Positions 47,608 through 50,458 of a stretch of 50,458 bases of DNA are shown piece by piece. The notes below the pieces were generated by a model. The model searched no databases and was not told the DNA's origin. It saw only the letters and a program-made list of their open reading frames with translations. The stretch is from a virus (taxonomy: Duplodnaviria; Caudoviricetes), in the IMG/VR virus record IMGVR_UViG_3300027985_001270, positions 1 to 50,458 of that record; one strand, written 5' to 3'. The translations under genes were made by a program, and so were the position numbers. Each line of letters starts with the position of its first letter. Position 1 is the stretch's first letter.

Positions 47608-48417
47608 TTAAACCTCCAAAATTTCATAATCATCATAACTAATACTATCACACTTTTCTTCTTTTGTCCATATATTTGTCTCTTTGCATTTTTTATAAAT
47701 TCGCAACGCTTCCAATACCTCTCTATCTCCTTCAAGCCTACTATGTTCACTTAGTTTAAAAATCTCACACGCTGCATCATTCTTACCTACTACTAAGAAG
47801 TAAAAATCTAGCTTCTTACCTAATTCAGCTTCAAACGCTTTAAGATATAAAGCAGCACTTAACTTATATTTAAACTGATCAACAGTAACCTTAAAGGATT
47901 CCGCATCTGCTGGAAACGAAGTAGTTTTTACATCAAGTATATAACCATCATCTATATTTAGTGCATCCGCTCTAACTTTTATACCCACTCCATCAATCTT
48001 AGTAAATAAACTAACTTCAGGCTGTATTCCCTTAATCATATTTACAGCCGTTTCATTTTTTAAATAATTCTGAAATAACTTATCAGTCTTCACTTTCTGT
48101 GGCTTAGATAATATCGTTCTCTTATCATCTCCCAAATCATCCTTGAATTTTTTCCACTCTGCTCCAGCCTTACGCCATCCATCAAAAAATACATACTCTT
48201 TTTCAATCGTATCCGGTTCTAAAATTAAAGAATGTAAATAAGAACCCTCTGCAAAATGAGGCTTATCCACTTCAGGCTCTTTAATGCCTAATATCTTCTC
48301 TTTATAAAACTTCTCTGGATTCTTCAATAAGTCCTTCAAGTTTGAAGAGCTTAGATGTTCCTTTTCACTATGATAATCATTATTACTTAAATCTTTTACT
48401 AAGCCCTTCAAATTCAT
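47608..48417 (-). CDS. RecE/exonuclease VIII-like PD-(D/E)XK nuclease (DUF3799-like)
   Basis: YH...LSSS.LK, GS..H..ILEP, KVRAD, DVKTT, Y...AA.Y. Confidence 0.85.
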   Translation of the reverse strand: MNLKGLVKDLSNNDYHSEKEHLSSSNLKDLLKNPEKFYKEKILGIKEPEVDKPHFAEGSYLHSLILEPDTIEKEYVFFDGWRKAGAEWKKFKDDLGDDKRTILSKPQKVKTDKLFQNYLKNETAVNMIKGIQPEVSLFTKIDGVGIKVRADALNIDDGYILDVKTTSFPADAESFKVTVDQFKYKLSAALYLKAFEAELGKKLDFYFLVVGKNDAACEIFKLSEHSRLEGDREVLEALRIYKKCKETNIWTKEEKCDSISYDDYEILEV

Positions 48418-48428
48418 CTCAACCTCTC

Positions 48429-48731
48429 TTATTGTAAAGTAATTTTCTTTTTAGATTTGGAACCAGAACTTAAATCATCTTCTTCAAAGTTTAAACTATC
48501 AATAAAATCATCAACATTACCCTCCCTCATCTCCTCTTCTCGTTCCATCATCGTCTCTTCTAGCATCTCCTGTTCCTGTCTAAACATTTCCAACTCTTCT
48601 GCAGAGTTAAGAACACTTATAGCCAAGAACTTACCCGGAAAAACCTCATCATTCATTAAGGATAATGCAGCAGATCTATTGACCAATTTCACAGCTAATT
48701 TAATGAACAGTTTTGCTAATCTCTCTTTCAT
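48429..48731 (-). CDS. hypothetical acidic protein
   Basis: ORF track, colinear. Confidence 0.55.
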   Translation of the reverse strand: MKERLAKLFIKLAVKLVNRSAALSLMNDEVFPGKFLAISVLNSAEELEMFRQEQEMLEETMMEREEEMREGNVDDFIDSLNFEEDDLSSGSKSKKKITLQ

Positions 48732-48976
48732 CTTCTACCCCTTCTCATTTTACGTATTATCTTATCTAACTTCTCATTCTTGCACTTATTAAAATCAAAC
48801 CCTTCTTCAAGCTTAACACCATTATGAATATCAATATCGGTAGGCAGATCTAGAATCTTAAACATAGCCTTATCGATATTTCTATCAATAAACTCCAAAA
48901 CCTTAGCTACAAACTTCTGCATTGCAACTGCCTCTCTTTTTAAATCACGCTCTCTAGTTAAAGTATAGTCAATCAT
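48728..48976 (-). CDS. hypothetical protein
   Basis: ORF track, colinear. Confidence 0.55.
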   Translation of the reverse strand: MIDYTLTRERDLKREAVAMQKFVAKVLEFIDRNIDKAMFKILDLPTDIDIHNGVKLEEGFDFNKCKNEKLDKIIRKMRRGRR

Positions 48977-49161
48977 ACCATCCCCTTTTTTAAGTTTTTA
49001 AAGTGAAAATAAAAAGCAGCATGTGAAAGAATGATATAAGCACTAAGTAAAGCAATCATAAAACCCTCCCCATAATTAAATAAATTTCTAAAAATATCCT
49101 AATCAAACAGTAACCCAAAACACAAACCCCAACAAAATAACACCACCAAGTAAATGTATCT

Positions 49162-49344
49162 TTATTCATCTTTTGCCTCGAATACAGTAAAAATATAAAT
49201 CAATACTCCAAATTTATTATCAAACTCAGTATGCAACTTCACATCTAATATATTACCCTTAATCTTCTTAAACTCTTCTACAATCATTTCCAACTTAGGA
49301 ACCTGTATCACATGCATTCTAACTTCTACACCATTATAAAGCAT
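49162..49344 (-). CDS. hypothetical protein
   Basis: GGAGG RBS. Confidence 0.5.
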   Translation of the reverse strand: MLYNGVEVRMHVIQVPKLEMIVEEFKKIKGNILDVKLHTEFDNKFGVLIYIFTVFEAKDE

Positions 49345-49345
49345 T

Positions 49346-49570
49346 TTAATCCTCCTTATCTATCTTCCAATGTTCTGGCTCCTTTACAACCTCTTCTCCT
49401 GTCTCTCCAGTGTAACACTTCTCGCAAAGAAAGTCAACTATTTTATTATTACTTATTAAAATTTCTACTTTCTTATTGCACCTAGGGCAAACTTGTTTAT
49501 TAGTCCTTACCATTTTTAGCTCCCAATAATAATTTTTTAACTCTAATATATTCATCATGATCAATCTCAT
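49346..49570 (-). CDS. small zinc-ribbon protein (likely start MVRT)
   Basis: CPRC...CEKC. Confidence 0.55.
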   Translation of the reverse strand: MRLIMMNILELKNYYWELKMVRTNKQVCPRCNKKVEILISNNKIVDFLCEKCYTGETGEEVVKEPEHWKIDKED

Positions 49571-49691
49571 ATACCGTATCAGAATAAATCATTTTAACTC
49601 TACACCCCCTAGTATCATTAACTAAAACAACCTGTCTAGAATCAATTATCCTTTCTACAGTCCCCTCATTACTCTTAAATGAAAACATCAT
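49500..49691 (-). CDS. hypothetical protein
   Basis: AGGAGG RBS. Confidence 0.55.
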   Translation of the reverse strand: MMFSFKSNEGTVERIIDSRQVVLVNDTRGCRVKMIYSDTVYEIDHDEYIRVKKLLLGAKNGKD

Positions 49692-49704
49692 ATTTAAACC
49701 TCCT

Positions 49705-50458
49705 TTATTTTTTATCTTTATTTATTATAGAACCGCCAACATATCTAAGCTTGCCTTCTTCAATCAATTCAAAACCTCTTAAATCATTTATATTACACTT
49801 ACGTACTCTATCATCAAACTCTACCTGACTTTCATCTTCCTTAGCAAATAATATATGTGTAATAGGTCCAATTTTCTTTTTAGCCACTCTTGATGGATAT
49901 GCAGAAATCAACTTCTCTAACGCTGTCTTTCCTACAGTAATTCGCTCCACTTTTTGGATCTCCCCTTTTAATGCACTAACTCTAACTGCACAATTATAAT
50001 GCTTACAAGCAAAGTCTTCCAAAACAAAAGAGTACCATTCAGGGTCACTATTCTTAATGACTTCATAATAGTGATCTGATTTAAAATTAGAAACATAATC
50101 ATAACCGCTCAAATCTCTATTGTAAAAATAAGATGCTAATTGAGCAATTAAATCCTCACTCTCCCACAACCAATTAATACTTATTTCATTAGGCATAAAT
50201 TTTTTAAATCTAGCCACATTTAACTTCTCTTCAGTAACAACTGGTATAGAAAACTGCCTATCATCTACCGCCTTCACTCCCTTTAAAGAATCTAATCTAT
50301 TATTAGTTAAATAAATATTACCAAAGAAAGTCTTAGTTTCTGCATCAACTCCTTTACCTTCAATATTAATCCTATTATTTGTATAAGCTTTAATAGACTC
50401 TAAATGATTATCATTATCAATAGAAACCTCATCCATATGAATAAAAGTCTTTCCATAA
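49705..50458 (-). CDS. primase-helicase C-terminal part (SF3/DUF5906-like), truncated by the window edge
   Basis: Frame is open to the window end; FIHMDE Walker B, IEGKGVD, TNN, DDR motifs. Confidence 0.75.
   Translation of the reverse strand, partial: YGKTFIHMDEVSIDNDNHLESIKAYTNNRINIEGKGVDAETKTFFGNIYLTNNRLDSLKGVKAVDDRQFSIPVVTEEKLNVARFKKFMPNEISINWLWESEDLIAQLASYFYNRDLSGYDYVSNFKSDHYYEVIKNSDPEWYSFVLEDFACKHYNCAVRVSALKGEIQKVERITVGKTALEKLISAYPSRVAKKKIGPITHILFAKEDESQVEFDDRVRKCNINDLRGFELIEEGKLRYVGGSIINKDKK

Noticed and set aside
46309-48792. + strand ORFs 46309..46563 and 48457..48792
   Set aside because: Antisense to coherent - strand replication genes
1-50458. Possible avoidance of the restriction site GGCC
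   Set aside because: Impression from partial reading only; needs k-mer counting against a Markov background

Overview
Nearly complete genome of an AT-rich tailed dsDNA phage with podovirus (P22/T7-like short-tail) organisation. The + strand from ~7.3 to 39.5 kb carries the late module: an HTH regulator, probable small terminase, GNAT, HExxH peptidase, a lipoprotein-anchored ClpP-like protease, large terminase, portal, scaffold, major capsid, paired decoration-like proteins, adaptor and nozzle, three ejection-type proteins, tail fibres (one with tandem C1q-like domains) and a RusA-like resolvase. The - strand carries early/accessory genes at 0.3-7.2 kb (M15 peptidase, HAD nucleotidase, SLT, many small ORFs). 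It also carries replication and membrane genes at 39.5-50.4 kb: family A DNA polymerase, SSB-like, DUF5664, RecE-like nuclease, a primase/helicase cut by the window edge, a holin, a PQ-loop protein and an SbmA/BacA- or ABCD-type membrane domain without an ATPase. I saw no integrase, repressor, tRNA, rRNA, CRISPR array or reverse transcriptase. The most notable observations are: (1) a transporter operon plus an exported ClpP, which could form a peptide-processing and uptake system; (2) a ten-copy ATAACA-N5-(A/G)C(A/C)(T/C) motif at late gene boundaries; (3) a portable ~135-aa domain grafted into both a decoration protein and the nozzle protein; (4) several structured leaders or pseudoknots. All family calls come from motif recognition by eye; no database searches were run.
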